Shown here piece after piece: positions 14,366 to 27,796 of a DNA stretch of 64,000 nt. The notes below the pieces were generated by a model. It searched no databases and was not told where the DNA came from. It was given only the letters and a program-made list of their open reading frames with translations. This stretch comes from Octopus bimaculoides (Eukaryota), in NCBI RefSeq assembly GCF_001194135.2, contig NC_068999.1, positions 53,771,254-53,835,253 of the forward strand, given 5' to 3'. How positions within the stretch are numbered: position 1 is the first letter of the stretch; each line of letters starts with the position of its first letter. The position numbers and the translations under genes are program-made.

Positions 14366-14709
14366 TACATGTGGTATATATATATATGTATATATATGCA
14401 TCTGTTTATATGTGTATGTATATAAGTATGTATGCACGCACATACACACACAGATATACACACTAAACAGTTACTACCTTGTTACCCCCTGAGATAATAT
14501 ATAAAGCATCTCACTGTTTTATGTAACAAAGTAACAAAAATACTAACATAGTTAAAAGCAACACATTCAGTCACATGTAATAAGTACTAAGACGACTACT
14601 ACTACTACTGGCACCAACACTAGTATGCTACCACTACAACTGCAGAAACCAATACCATACTTGTACCACTATGTATACCAATACTACTATTTTACCACCA
14701 CTATTGTCT

Positions 14710-14940
14710 CTCTCTCTCTTGGCTTGACTTAATGAGTGAAGATTTACATGGTGGAGGATGCCCACCTCTGTTGCAGGCTTGCAGATGCCTGACGAGCCCA
14801 ATTCAGGACGGGCAGGTATAACTGCAGGGACTGCATGGGAATGGGAGCTGATCAAGGCTGGTTGTAGTCTACTTGTTTTTCCTGTTGATGTCTAAAGGAA
14901 GTCATTGCCTGGAAGACATCAAGATGCCAGGCTTCACAGT
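14710..14940 (-). mobile_element. RTE-clade LINE 3' end fragment
   Basis: minus strand reads CSPCSYTCPS*IGLVRHLQAC, the C-terminal CxxC...SRIGLxSH motif typical of RTE ORFs, ending in an (AG)n tail. Confidence 0.6.
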
Positions 14941-15469
14941 CACTACCACCACCACCACTACTTCTACTACCATTATTGACTGTACTACTACCAATACGAA
15001 CACCTGCTACATGGCACCACTACTTCTGATATGAATTCCAATGCACTACATTATTACTTTCAACATTGCTACCAATGTCATCACAGCTACACTACCACTG
15101 GTACCACAACATTGTTACCATCACTAAGCACCAAAATATTATTGCCAAGAACATCATACTCTCACCAACACTGTACACTATTATCACACTAACACCAATA
15201 CTATTTTAACTGATATCTTAAACTACTACTGCCTCCAAATATTCACTGTCGTCACCACCACTACCACTACTACTACTACTACTGCTACTACTACACTCAC
15301 CAATATTACTATTACTATTTCTACTTAATAATGTGACCCACTATGTTATTTCCACTAATGTTCAGATATTCTGTTATTTGTTTTTTTATATTAACATATG
15401 CCACTCACACCATGTGAATCATAAAGCAGGAACAAATACATGCACGCACACGTTCGTGTGTGTATGTGT

Positions 15470-15506
15470 ACATAATTATATATATGTATGTATGTACATA
15501 TATATG

Positions 15507-15571
<65 letters not shown>

Positions 15572-15580
15572 GTATGTGTC

Positions 15581-15611
<31 letters not shown>

Positions 15612-15646
15612 ATATGTATATCTATATGTATATATATATTTATATG

Positions 15647-15687
<41 letters not shown>

Positions 15688-15808
15688 GTGTATATATGTG
15701 TGTACATATATATATGTATATATATATATTATGTATATATGTATGTATATGTATATATGTATGTATATATATATATATATATATGTATAATTATATGTAT
15801 ATATATGA
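15470..15808. repeat. Compound (TA)n/(TG)n/(TATG)n microsatellite, representative of dozens in the window
   Basis: direct inspection; others at about 1300-1490, 9955-10080, 11870-12045, 21490-21590, 23925-23995, 61365-61450. Confidence 0.95.
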
Positions 15809-15859
15809 TTGCTAAATCCACAAGTTTTTTTTATTCTCTCTCTGTTTATTTCCTCATAT

Positions 15860-15898
15860 TCTTTTCTGTTGAAGAGCGTAGGCTCGAAATGTAAAAGA
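15860..15898 (+). ncRNA. Hammerhead-like motif with variant core, in a probable Penelope-derived fragment
   Basis: UCUUUU / CUGUUGA / A / GAGC-GUAG-GCUC / GAAA / UGU A / AAAGA; core deviates at A6. Confidence 0.35.
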
Positions 15899-18561
15899 CT
15901 TTCTCACTTTCCTGAGTGTCAAACTAATACACCTGTCTTCGTCTATTGTTTTTCTGTAAATTTCAACTAGATATATATATGTGTGTGTGTATGTGTTTAT
16001 CATGAAAATGGAGTGCATGAGATATAAAGGTTGCTGTGCATGTATGTATGTTTTATGTAAATATTTGCATGTGTGTGTATGTATGTTTAAAATTCAAGTT
16101 AATGCCACAATTTTCAGGTGCAGATGGATTACAATGATTTATACTGCAACATAAACAAATGGGTACTTTTGTACACTCAATATACTCCAAAATCTGTGAG
16201 AGTGTCTTAAAAATTTAATATGGGTGTGTCCTGTTGCCACAGGACCACTCATATTTCAGTGCTACACTGAAATCAATTAAATAATAATAATTTAAATAGC
16301 AGCTTTAAGTCCATTTATTAACATTTCAAAATTACTATGTTGTCTTCTCCCATTTCATCACAGTCTATCTCTCTTTCTCTCTCTCTCTCTCCCACTGTGT
16401 ATTTGTATGTGTGCATTCAATTCATTTAACTGGCCTCAGTTAATGACTGAAACAAGTAAAAAATAAAAGATGTATATATGTATCTACGTATGTTTGTGTG
16501 TGTGTGTGTGTGTATATATATGTATCTACGTATGTTTGTGTGTGTATTCACACACACATACATTGTATATATAAGCACATTGGCTGTGTACTTTAAGGAT
16601 AGAAACTTCCTGGATCATAAGCTACAACTTAATCTCCTGCTGCAACCATTGTATTATCACATTTAGGCAAGAAAAGTTGCCTACATAAGGAGAGAGAGAG
16701 AGACACACACACACACACACACACACCATGTATGCAATCTACTCCATACTAAAATTGCTAGTGTGAGGAAAGTGTTGCATCATTAACAGATACTACTACT
16801 AATTAAGTAACTAATAACAGCATGAACATCCTACTTATGGTAACTGGGCACTAATGCAGAGGTTACTAAATTACTGTAATGATTGATGGGTACATTATGG
16901 GTGGGGTGAGATAGATAAATGAATGGAGGTAGAGTGTGAGAGAGAAAGAGATTGATATAATTAGTAAGAAGTAGAAAGAAAGAGAGTACTGGAGAGAGGT
17001 GGAAAGGAATAAACAGATAGATTTGTGGCTGGAAAGAAAGAGAGAGAGAGTGAAAGGGGAAAAGGAAGGGCTGGAAAGATAACCGAGGCAGATGTGTGTG
17101 ATGGAGGAGGGTAGGGGAGTGTTAGTCACCCTTGCAAATATTTCCATTGAACTATTTAGAATCATCCTGATCACTGCTTTATGACTCCATAGAACCCATA
17201 AAATATTTGGTTCTCTTCTCATCAGTCATTCTCTGTTCTTTATATATTATTTTGGAACAATGCAAAAAAAAAAAAGAGAAAACAAAAAAAATATTTAAAA
17301 AAAAACGAAAACAAAATCTCACCTTCAACATTTGTTATTTTTGTGTTATTTTTGTGTTGTTGTTGCTGTAAAGATGGGGAAGAGCACCATTTCATTTTTC
17401 TTGGTTTGGCCAATAAATTTATTTCATTTTATTTTTTGATTTAATTTCATTTTTTTTTTTTTATGACAACAAAACAAAGATCATGTTCTGCAAAATGGAG
17501 ATAAAAAAATTTCTGTGAGTTTATCGTACGTTTGTTTCTTTGTGATTCCATTCTTTTATCTTTTTTTCCTTCATTTTGTTTTTGATATATATTTTTCTTT
17601 TTCTTTTTTTTTTTTTTTTTCNNNNNNNNNNNNNNNNTTTTTTTTTTTTTTTTTTTTTTTTTTTTTCATGACTCTGTGGTTACGAAGTTCTCTTTGCAAT
17701 CACATGGTTTCAGGTTCAGTTCAGTACCAACCACTGCAAGGCACCTTGGGCAAGTGTCTTTTACTATAGCCCCAGGCTGCCCAATGCCTTGTGTGTGAAT
17801 TTGGTACATGAAAATTATGAAAGCCTATTAAGTGTGTATGTATGTATATATATGTGTGTGTGTATGTATGTGTTTGTCCCTCCCTCCCATCATTTAACAA
17901 CCTGTGTTGATTTGTTTATATGCCCTGTAACTTAGTGATTTGGCAAAAAATATGCCCTGGGGTTAATTTGTCCAATTAAACCCTTCAAGGCAATACCCTA
18001 GCATGGCCACAGTTCAATGACTGAAAAACCTACAAGATATATAGATTTGTCTTTTGAGGTTGTATTCACAGCAATTGCAATGTCACAACTGGTAAAAGCC
18101 ATAATTTCAGTTGCACTTCACCTCCCTCAGTTATCTTAGATTTACTCCTCTAAGTCAACCAAGCAGACGAGGAACTAGAATGATACTCAAAGAAGGCAGT
18201 GTCAAGAACTTAACCCTTCTGTTACTGTATCTCTGTTGAAATTTGTTGCCTTTGTTTTAATACATTTTATGTATATATGTGTAAATTTGTACTTTATATA
18301 TGTGTCTGTTCTTTGTTTTTAATGCATTCAAGCTTCAAATTACCTGTTCTCCACTCATACAAACACACACGCATGTACATGCAAATGGTTATAACACATT
18401 TAGTTGTTTATAAAATACTTCAAGAAAAAAACATCAGTTAAATATGCTTAAATCTCATTGTAGTTTATCATTTTGATTTGTTTCAAATTTACTTATTTAT
18501 CTAAAGTAATTCCCATCTATTTGTTGTCATTGCTTTGTATTACTTTTGTTTTATTTTATGC

Positions 18562-18597
<36 letters not shown>

Positions 18598-21550
18598 GTC
18601 TTGGACTGACTAATACCTTGTGCGCAAATTTGATAGACAGAAACCCTATGGAATCCCATTAAAGACCATCATGTGAATATATGTGTATGTGTGAGTGTGG
18701 GATTTTTGTTTTTAAGGAGAGAAGGGCAGTGCTCATGTCCCCCTACAAGGTCTTCAAGACTGGTAAAAGGGGCGGGGTATCCTCAAACGGGGGGAGGGGC
18801 CTGGCCCAAATACTTGCAACAGAATAGACTCTGCTAAAGACACCTGAGATGCCAAATGGTGGTGTTAAATCAGGTGACAGATTTAAGTCTACCTCGAATA
18901 TTGACGTTACATGGCATCGCTTGTCAGCTGCTGAGTGAAACAGTGATGTGATGTTTGAGTTTTTTGTTGACATTACAAACAGTGGAATAACAAAAAAAAA
19001 TGGATTTATTTGAAAAATAAATCAATGGCTGATGACAGGAAGAGCATCTGGCTGTATGTAAAATCCTGCCTCAAAGAAGTCCACATTTATCCCATGCTAG
19101 CATGGTAAAACAGACATTAAATGAAAAAATGAATATGTGTTTGTTTGTATGTATATGTGTGTATGTCTGTTTTAAACAGAAGCAGAAAATGTTTTGAGAG
19201 CTTATCATGAATAAAAGGAGGAAAATATTAATATTTACATTTTTATCAAAATTTGCTACCAGTTTCAATTGTTTAAGACTATTTAGTCATGCAATAAGAA
19301 AAAGAAACTAAATAGAATTAAATTAATCTTTCATGATAGCAGTTTTGAAAGTTCACATTTTTCTTGAAAAATTCACATGATAGTGGTTGTTGGTTTGCTG
19401 CTGGGTCATAATTGTAGTAGTAACAGTTTTAGCAGTGGTAATTGCCTGTTGTTCCTTACTAGCAATCTTAATATTCAGCAGTCCTTCATAATGATGGAAG
19501 AAGTCATATGGTGGTAGTGACAGTAGTAGTAGCAGCAGTGTTTATGGTCACAGTAGTAGCAGCCATCACATCTTTTATTCCAGCTATTCTGGTAAATGTG
19601 TCTAGAACTACATTACCTTATGTTTCCTTCCTGTTTTAATGGTAGTATGTAATTTGAGGAAAAGTTGGTAGCTATTTGTACCATGTTGAATGACTCTATA
19701 CAGGCTCTCTCATTTTCAATTAGTTGTGACAGAAGTTGGGTATTAAGAAAGTCAAGATAAGATTGTATCCACAACTCTGTCCAGAATGAAAGTTGCTCAG
19801 AATTTGTGCAGTACCCCTAGTGTTCAGAACCTTCCTTAAGTGATTTCTTAGTTTGTCTAGTGTGTAGTGCCAGCTCTGTAGGAATGATAATACTTGTGTA
19901 TAGCAAAAATTATCCATGGATATAATCAGTTACCCACAGATATAATAACACATTGCTATATTCATGATGTAGTATACGTAAAGATGATTCTTTGCTGAGA
20001 AGGTCTAATAAGATTGAAACATGCAAATTTTCAGGGTTTTTTTAAAATGTCAGTGTTGTCTTCTTTGTTATAATAGTTAGGCTTATGGCTTCTTATTCCT
20101 CATTGTAGAATTAATTTTTAATTAATTAAAATTGTTTGCCTGTGCTTACTTTACTCTATATTTGTGATAATCTTGGCTATAGCATTTGACCAGCAGCACA
20201 GCATGATGTGACAGCTGGGGGGAGAGAGAGCTGCACTAGCACTCTTGTTGATACTCATTTTCAACTGAGTAGACTGGAGCATTGTGGAACAAAGTTCTTT
20301 ACTCAAGGACACAACATGCTACCTGCTCCAAGAATTGAACCTATGGCATTGTAATTATAAGCCACACACCCTAACCACTCAGCCATGCATCTTCACATAG
20401 TAGTTGTATGTGTGGCATTAATAAATCTTTAGATGTAGCTATGGTTGTATTTGTGGCAATATAATGTAGATAGATCAGCGGTTATCCATAGAAATAGTAG
20501 TAGAAGTAATCCAGGATTATATTTGTGTTAATCTCTAAATATAACAGCAGTAATCTCCAAGCAAGTCGCCAATGATCTCCAGATTCAATAGTGACATATA
20601 CGAAATGTTTGGATTCTTAAAAAGACAAATACATGATGTGATGAACATCTCCTTGCACCCTTCCACCTCTCTTCTTTCTTTCTCTGTAAAGCAACAATGC
20701 AAGCAGAGGAAATTATTAAAGTGTAGACTGAAGGCATGTTGTGTTATGGTGGAAACCTTTTCAACCCCTATCACAAGAGAAAATAATGGACATTACAATG
20801 ATAGGGATATATGTGGGAAAATGTAAGTGGGAAGAGCACTAATTAGATGGTTGTAGTCCAAATTGTGGTGAGGCAATCTGACAGGAAAAAATATGAATAT
20901 ATAAGTAATTATATCTATAATGTAATGCAAAAAGGTTGGGTAGCAATACCAAAGTCCCCATCTCCCCTCCATTTCATATGTGAATTTTTTTGTCTTAGAT
21001 CCTTTACTATATAAAAATTCTCAAGTGGCACATGTTGATGTATTTCTATAAATATGAAGAAACTAAAAGACAAAACAAAATAATGACTCTCTGTATGTTT
21101 GTGAAATAAGGAGTGGATGTGTTCCTCCTACGGATGGTACCAAGGCAATATAGCCACCTATGGTAAATGATAACAGATAGCCTTTTCCAATGACAAGACA
21201 TAAGTGTCTGAATGCTGAAGTGGTCCAAATAATTATATGTTGGTTAAACACGACATTTCTCAATTTTTAAATTTATTACAAAGGGTTCAGAATAAAATAG
21301 GAGGCTGTGACATTCATGCCTTTTCATAAAGGCATGAACAACTTCAGAATACATATTTGCTATTTACGTAACAATTTTTTCAAACTTGTGTTCCTATTCT
21401 CAGTCATTCACCAAAGATAAGGTGAAGTATTAATTGGGTGGGTTGTTGAGTATGGCATAACTGTATAGTCAGGGGACTTGAATGATATCATTATACACAC
21501 ACACACACACACACATATACATACCACATACCTACATATGCACATACATG

Positions 21551-21594
<44 letters not shown>

Positions 21595-22497
21595 ACATGT
21601 TCCATGTCAGCATTGAACATGAATATTAAATGATGATAAATATATGTGTGTCTGTGCATGTGTATGTGTTTGCATACACATGTAAACATAGATATACACA
21701 TAATCTTTTATTTGTTGGGATTGATACAAAGCAAAAAAAAAAAACAAAAAAAACTGTAGGCCCTTCAGCCACTCCTGTAGTAATCTCTTCTAATAAAAGA
21801 TTATATATACTCTGCTCAAAATATTTAGTCCTCTTTCTTCCATGTGTGTATGAATGAATGTGTGTATAAGTATTTATTTTTTTAATCAGCATAAATTTAC
21901 AAAAGTGATTCAAGGGCCCATGGTTTTGTACATGGCACTTATCAAACATTTCTATGAATTTATATGTAAATATATGCATGTTATAGGTATGTGTTTTTGT
22001 GTGTATATATGTGTGTGTGCATCTTTAATATATATTTGTATGTATATGCATATATGTATGTTTTGTGCATGTAGATATACGTATATGTAAAAATATATAT
22101 GATTTAAAATGTAAGGTATATCTGTATACCTTTTTTAATAGACATGCAATATTGTCTTCATTGTAAATAGTAAAACCACAGGTTACATGCAGTACAGTTA
22201 ATATTTCTCTATAGACATAAAAAGGATTGTTGTGACTAGTTTCTAGTCTTGTTAGATGTTCATTGAAGAAAACGTAACCATGTATCTAGAATGAAATTAG
22301 TAGTTTACAGCAATTTACAAACAAGGACCCAGCTAAACTGGCCAGTTACATTTGCATAAAAGAGCATCTGCTGACAAGATGGAATAATTAATTCATGCAT
22401 TCATTAATGGATGCATTACACAGGACTTTTGGAGAATCTGAATCGTAAGGTGTACTGTTTTTGGTTTTGGTTTTTAATAAACATGTAACAATATTCC

Positions 22498-22539
<42 letters not shown>

Positions 22540-22720
22540 TTGAAGATTGGAGTTTGTGGTATTGTTTTTTAAAATAATATCCTCAACTCTTAGCTTCAAT
22601 TTTTATTTTTCATACTTTACAATGGAAATGGAATTTGCAGATTTTCTGTTTATTTGAAACAGCAGTTTCATGGGGAGAGATTCCCCTGTGCGATTTTCAG
22701 ATAGCCGCTGTCTGTAGAAG

Positions 22721-23504
22721 TGCATCATAAGCAGTTGTCTGAAAATGTCATCACAATATTATCTACTGATGAGACATGATGTTGTAGCTAGGACACTCTA
22801 TAATGAAATCCGTCTGAAGGATAACCCTGAGGACAAAGAAATAAGAACCCACAGTATGGTGGAAGCCATAGCCACTCATAACAAAAAGGAATATTGGTGG
22901 AATGTCCCAGTGAAGACCTCAATAAAATGTAAGCACAAAAGACCTGATGTAATGATTTGGGACAGAGAAGAGAAACTGTGTACAGTTGTGGAAATTAGCT
23001 GCCCAGCAGATGTTAACAAAGTTGAAGACCAGTGAAAAAGAGAACACCTACGCTGAACTATTGTGAAATCTGCAGTTACTCTATCCAGATTATAAGTTCA
23101 GGTTTATACCCGTAATTATTGGGGCCCTGGGATATGTAACACAATGCCTAAATACCAATCTTGAGAAATTCAGCTTCTCAAAACCAGAAAGGAGAAAGCT
23201 AATTCGAAGACGGCAGATCCAATCCATCACTGGAACTGTAAAAATCTGTAAAACTTTCCAAAAGTTTATCATTTAAATATATATGAGCATGTCTAGATAT
23301 GCAACTATATGCATGAGAATACATACATAAAGCAAAACATATGAATCTGCACACATACATACACACATACATACAAAAAAAAAATACCCTGTTGTTGATG
23401 TTGAAATTCCAATGAAGGAGCCTTGGATTTAGGTTAGAAACCAATTCTTTCTGCAGTGGCGAGAAATCTTGCAATAAAACTTGAACAATGACAGACATAC
23501 ATAC
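22721..23504 (+). mobile_element. 5'-truncated non-LTR retrotransposon with restriction-like endonuclease (R4/Dong/NeSL type), degenerate
   Basis: IISSCLKMSSQYYLLMRHDVVA...RPDVMIWD...VEISCP...FIPVIIGALG...ICKTF*: zinc-knuckle end, RHD, PD..D..E motifs; frameshift near 23020 and an in-frame TGA; 3' UTR ends in (CATA)n-like repeats. Confidence 0.8.
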
Positions 23505-23564
23505 AATATATATATATGTGTGTGTGTGTGAGCAAAATTTTGATAAAACCTTATGGTAATGTGA

Positions 23565-23845
23565 GTGTGTAATAAAACGGAATAAAATATGGCATAGCCA
23601 ATAAAAGCAGAGATGTAGAAATGTTTAAAATTCCATTTTTAATATTCCAATATTTTAGGACCAAAAAAATCCCTTCTTCAGGCAGTAAGAAGAGTTCTCT
23701 GAGTTAGATCGTAGCCAGCTCAATCTGTCTTCAGAGAAGAAAAAAAATCCAAGATATTGAAATATTAAAAACAGAATTATAGACATTTCGGCACCTTTGT
23801 TATTTATTGGCTACACCATATTTTATTTTGTTTCATTCATCATTC
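23565..23845. repeat. Imperfect inverted repeat (about 100-bp arms), foldback/MITE-like
   Basis: aataaaatatggcatagccaataaa...ttttaatattccaatattttagga versus tccaagatattgaaatattaaaaa...tttattggctacaccatattttatt. Confidence 0.65.
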
Positions 23846-23934
23846 ATCACTCCAATTGCCATTAGGTTTTGTTACAATTCATCATTTTATACATCACACA
23901 TCACAATACTTAACTGAATTTTCAAACGCGCACG

Positions 23935-23997
<63 letters not shown>

Positions 23998-25647
23998 GAT
24001 CAATAAAATAACTACCAGTTGAACACTGGGATTGATGTAATCGACTTACTGACTTAACCCCTCTCTCAAAATTGCTGGCCCTGTGCCAAAATTTGAAACC
24101 AATGTGTGTGTGCGTGCGTGCGTGCGCATGCGTGCATGTGTGTAGACAGAAAGATAGATAGACAGAAAGATAGATAGACAGACAGACAGATAGATAGACA
24201 CACAGACACAGAGATGGAGAGAGAGAGAGAATCTATTTATTTTTATCGTTGGCACTATTGTTAAGAAACCTGAATGTCCTCATTTTGAGAAGATTTTGGA
24301 TAGTGCTAATCAATTGAAGCATTATTTAATCAGTTAAATGGCTGTGATCATCCTCCCTTTTTTGTGGAAATTGTTGCTGTCCTGTAAGTTAGGATTTAAA
24401 GACCATAAGCCTCTATGTCCCAGATGGAATAGTGAATTTTTTTTTTTTAATGAGATTTTACTGAAATAAAGAGCTAGACAAATACTTGTGTTGCAACCTT
24501 CTCACCTGTTTTCATATATTGTGCTATATTCTTGTGGGATAATTTTCTTTTATCAAGAAATCCTTAAAAAAGAAAGAAAAGAAATAGTTAATAAATGAAC
24601 TGGAAATATCCAGTTTGGTCTGTCTGTATGTGTGTTTGTGTGAGTGTGTGTGTGTGCGCGTATGTGCATGCGCACATATGAATGTATTTTCGTATCTAAA
24701 CATGTGTATTATATATCTGCTTATAATATACTTTCACACACACATACACGTGTGTGTGTATATATATATATACACTTAAATTTATAGCTATGTTTACGTG
24801 TGTTTTGTGTATACATATGATCTTGTATATGCCTGGACATTTACACACCTAGATATATTCACATGCTTTCACAAACTCATGAACATGTACATAAATACAC
24901 GTAAAACTACATGGTATATACATATGCACACACATAAACACATGTACACAAACACACACACACACACACAAGCACACACACAAGCACACACACAAGCACA
25001 CACACAAGCACACACTCATCTGTGTTGTCTTAATTGATTTCAAGTTAGTCTTCCATTCTAGCCTGGGGTGTGCCATTACTATAGTGTATGTATGATGCTA
25101 GTGAAATACTATACATCACTAGGTATTGCACTGCTTTGAAAACAGCAAGAATGTCAGCTGGCCAATACTGTCCAAGAACTAACTGTAGGTGGGCAAACTG
25201 CCAGAGAATTCACTCCACCTTGTTAACCATAAACTAGCAGTTTGTATCTGCAACAGTTTCATATGCATATACATACATACATTCATACATACATACATAC
25301 ATATGTATATACGCACAAATATGCATGTATGTATATGTATAAACACTTCAGTAATAGCAACAGAAAACCTGCATAGTATTATCACAGAACCAACAGCAGA
25401 AATCCCGTGATTGTGCACGTTTAGAATTTATGTCAGCATCAATGTCTGATTCCACCCCCTCCACACCATTTTTGGAAGAAGTTGATAAACCAAAGAATTT
25501 AGAAAATGTCCATTATCTAGGTTAAGACACTAATCAACTACCGCTGCTTCACAGAATGGGTGAAAAAATACATAATTATACACAAACACAGCATATGTGT
25601 ATATGTGTGTTTGTATGTGTGTTTCTATATATATATATATATATATA

Positions 25648-26830
25648 CTTAAATCTCTCACTTTACAAAGTAATGTGTTCCTAAAAATGTGGCCATAATA
25701 TGAAATTCCGTAATGCGAAATTCATTTTCCTGTTCATTTTCATAATATTGAGTGAGACTGCATTCCTATGGACATTTACGGAATTTTTTTTTTAAATGAA
25801 GCACAAGAAAGCAACAGGGAAGAAGCAACACAATCACCTTTATAGATGAAAATAACCTTTTCTAAACATAGATGGTACAATATAGATGCATGAAAACACA
25901 AAGACGTTTCAAGTTAGGGAATTAATAAGAATCATAATATCATAAGAATATTTTTTTACCACAAAAGATGTTGACTATTGTGTGATAAGTGGTGGTGGAA
26001 TGAGAGTTACTAGGAGGATGAGAAGCAATATTTACTTATAGTTCATTATTATGAACATCATCTTGAGGGATGAAATATTTATTCAAAGTTGTTTGTTGTT
26101 TGAGAGGCATCTTCTCTTTATACAGCTCAGTATAGGAACTGAGTGCATTGTAAACTCCTCTGGTTACATTCACAATTAGGATCATTATCAGAAAAACCTG
26201 CAGTCTTTGTTCTGTAAGTGCCAACCCTTTAGCAATAATTTTTGTAGCCAATTTAAGTGGTGTAGGTGGAAATTATGTTGTCTCATATGTATTCTCAGAT
26301 TTTCCTTTTTCTAGCATCAGCTCCGCATTAGGTAGACTTCCTTTCTGAGACAACTCAATCACATCCTCAGACTTCTTCAAATCCTACATCATTTGCAAGT
26401 GTTACAATATCTTTTTGAATTTACTGTAGACTTTCTGCATGAGAAAATCTTGTAAATGCCACAGATATTTTTCCATATACTTTTCCAAGCATTATTCAAA
26501 GTTGAAGATTTCTCTTTATCCCATGACTCGGCTACATTAGCTACAACATCCATTATGTTGAATTTCTTCCAGAAATCTCTAAATATAGGTTTATCTTCCC
26601 TGTCAATTGCTTTCATAAGTTGTTTGAAAGTTTTCATTTCATATACCTTGAAGTTAGCTGTCACACCTTGATCCACTGGTTGGAGCAAAGAAATTGTATT
26701 CTTGGGGATATATTCTACTCTCACATTATCAGAAAGGTCATCTAAGTTTGCTGCATGGCTCAGTGCATTGTCTAAAAGAGGGTTCACCAGATTTTATAGA
26801 CAATTCACTCCTGGCATTCCTGCATTAAGA
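25648..26830 (-). mobile_element. Tigger/pogo (DDE_1) DNA transposon 3' remnant
   Basis: ORF 26389..26787 has LLDNA.SH and NT.SLLQPVDQGV.ANFK; downstream tail ORF 26036..26251; TIR-like end at about 25648-25690 next to TA repeats. Confidence 0.85.
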
Positions 26831-26942
26831 TATAAATACATGCACATGCATGCATGCACACACAAAATGTGCATGCACAAACACGTATATGCACACACAC
26901 TCATACACAAACAATCATGTACATGCACTCACATACATACTC

Positions 26943-26978
<36 letters not shown>

Positions 26979-27620
26979 ACACGTGCACACACATGCTGGA
27001 GACAAGTAGATATCTGTTGTAGCCAGTTGGATTCAAAAGTCGATAATGGGGATGAAGTGGGTTGCATTGGCCGAGGTGTTAGTGACAGTGGGCAGGTATT
27101 GTTGGTGTTGTGGTGTTTATATTGTTCTTGTTAGCTATATTGTGGCTGCTTAGTCTCAAGTCAATCCTCTTAGACCTAAGATCAAAGATATTTCATTCAA
27201 CTTTTAACATACTCTAGAATACAACATTATATTTCTATTTGAAATGGATTTGCTTATCTACTTCAAACTATATATTAGTGTTGCTGTTGGTGATTGCGTT
27301 TGTGTTGGCGATAGAAACACATGCACACATGCATGCATACATATTCATATACATACATACATACATACATATATATATATATACTCACATTATGTACATT
27401 TATATATACATGCATGTATGTGTGTGTATTTACATGTGTAATGTGATGATAGTTTCCCAAATCATTAACTTTATACTTTGATCTTAATGAAAATTCAAGT
27501 AGTCATTGAGCTAAGAAGAAAGTGTAGTTTTAAATTGTTAACCATTTAAAACTATGCAATACAATTTTCCATAAGAGCGAAATTGCAGACTGTATCCCCA
27601 AATTAATGATTATGCTTATG

Positions 27621-27790
27621 TATTGGGTTGGTGCATAATTATTGCGGCTTTTTTTCAACAAATTTTATTCAACAAAAACAATAACAGTATGTATCAAAAA
27701 CATCTTTAAATGATTATTCCGGAGCATAGTCACCATCTACTTCAATTACTGCTTCCCATTTGCTTGGCAGACGGTCAGACCGTCATTTAA
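27621..27790 (-). mobile_element. Mariner transposon 3' end
   Basis: TA+TTGGGTTGGTGCATAATTATTGCGG TIR; minus strand encodes LPSKWEAVIEVDGDYAPE*. Confidence 0.75.
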
Positions 27791-27796
27791 AGATGA

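Noticed and set aside
13452-14492. Long ORFs of 180-350 aa here and at 36177-36994 and 12256-12959
   Set aside because: They run through N gaps and (TA)n repeats; artefacts
14789-14815. CTGACGAGCCCAATTCAGGACG resembling the Sm-alpha hammerhead core
   Set aside because: No GAAA and no stems I/III; explained as the antisense of the RTE SRIGLxSH coding motif
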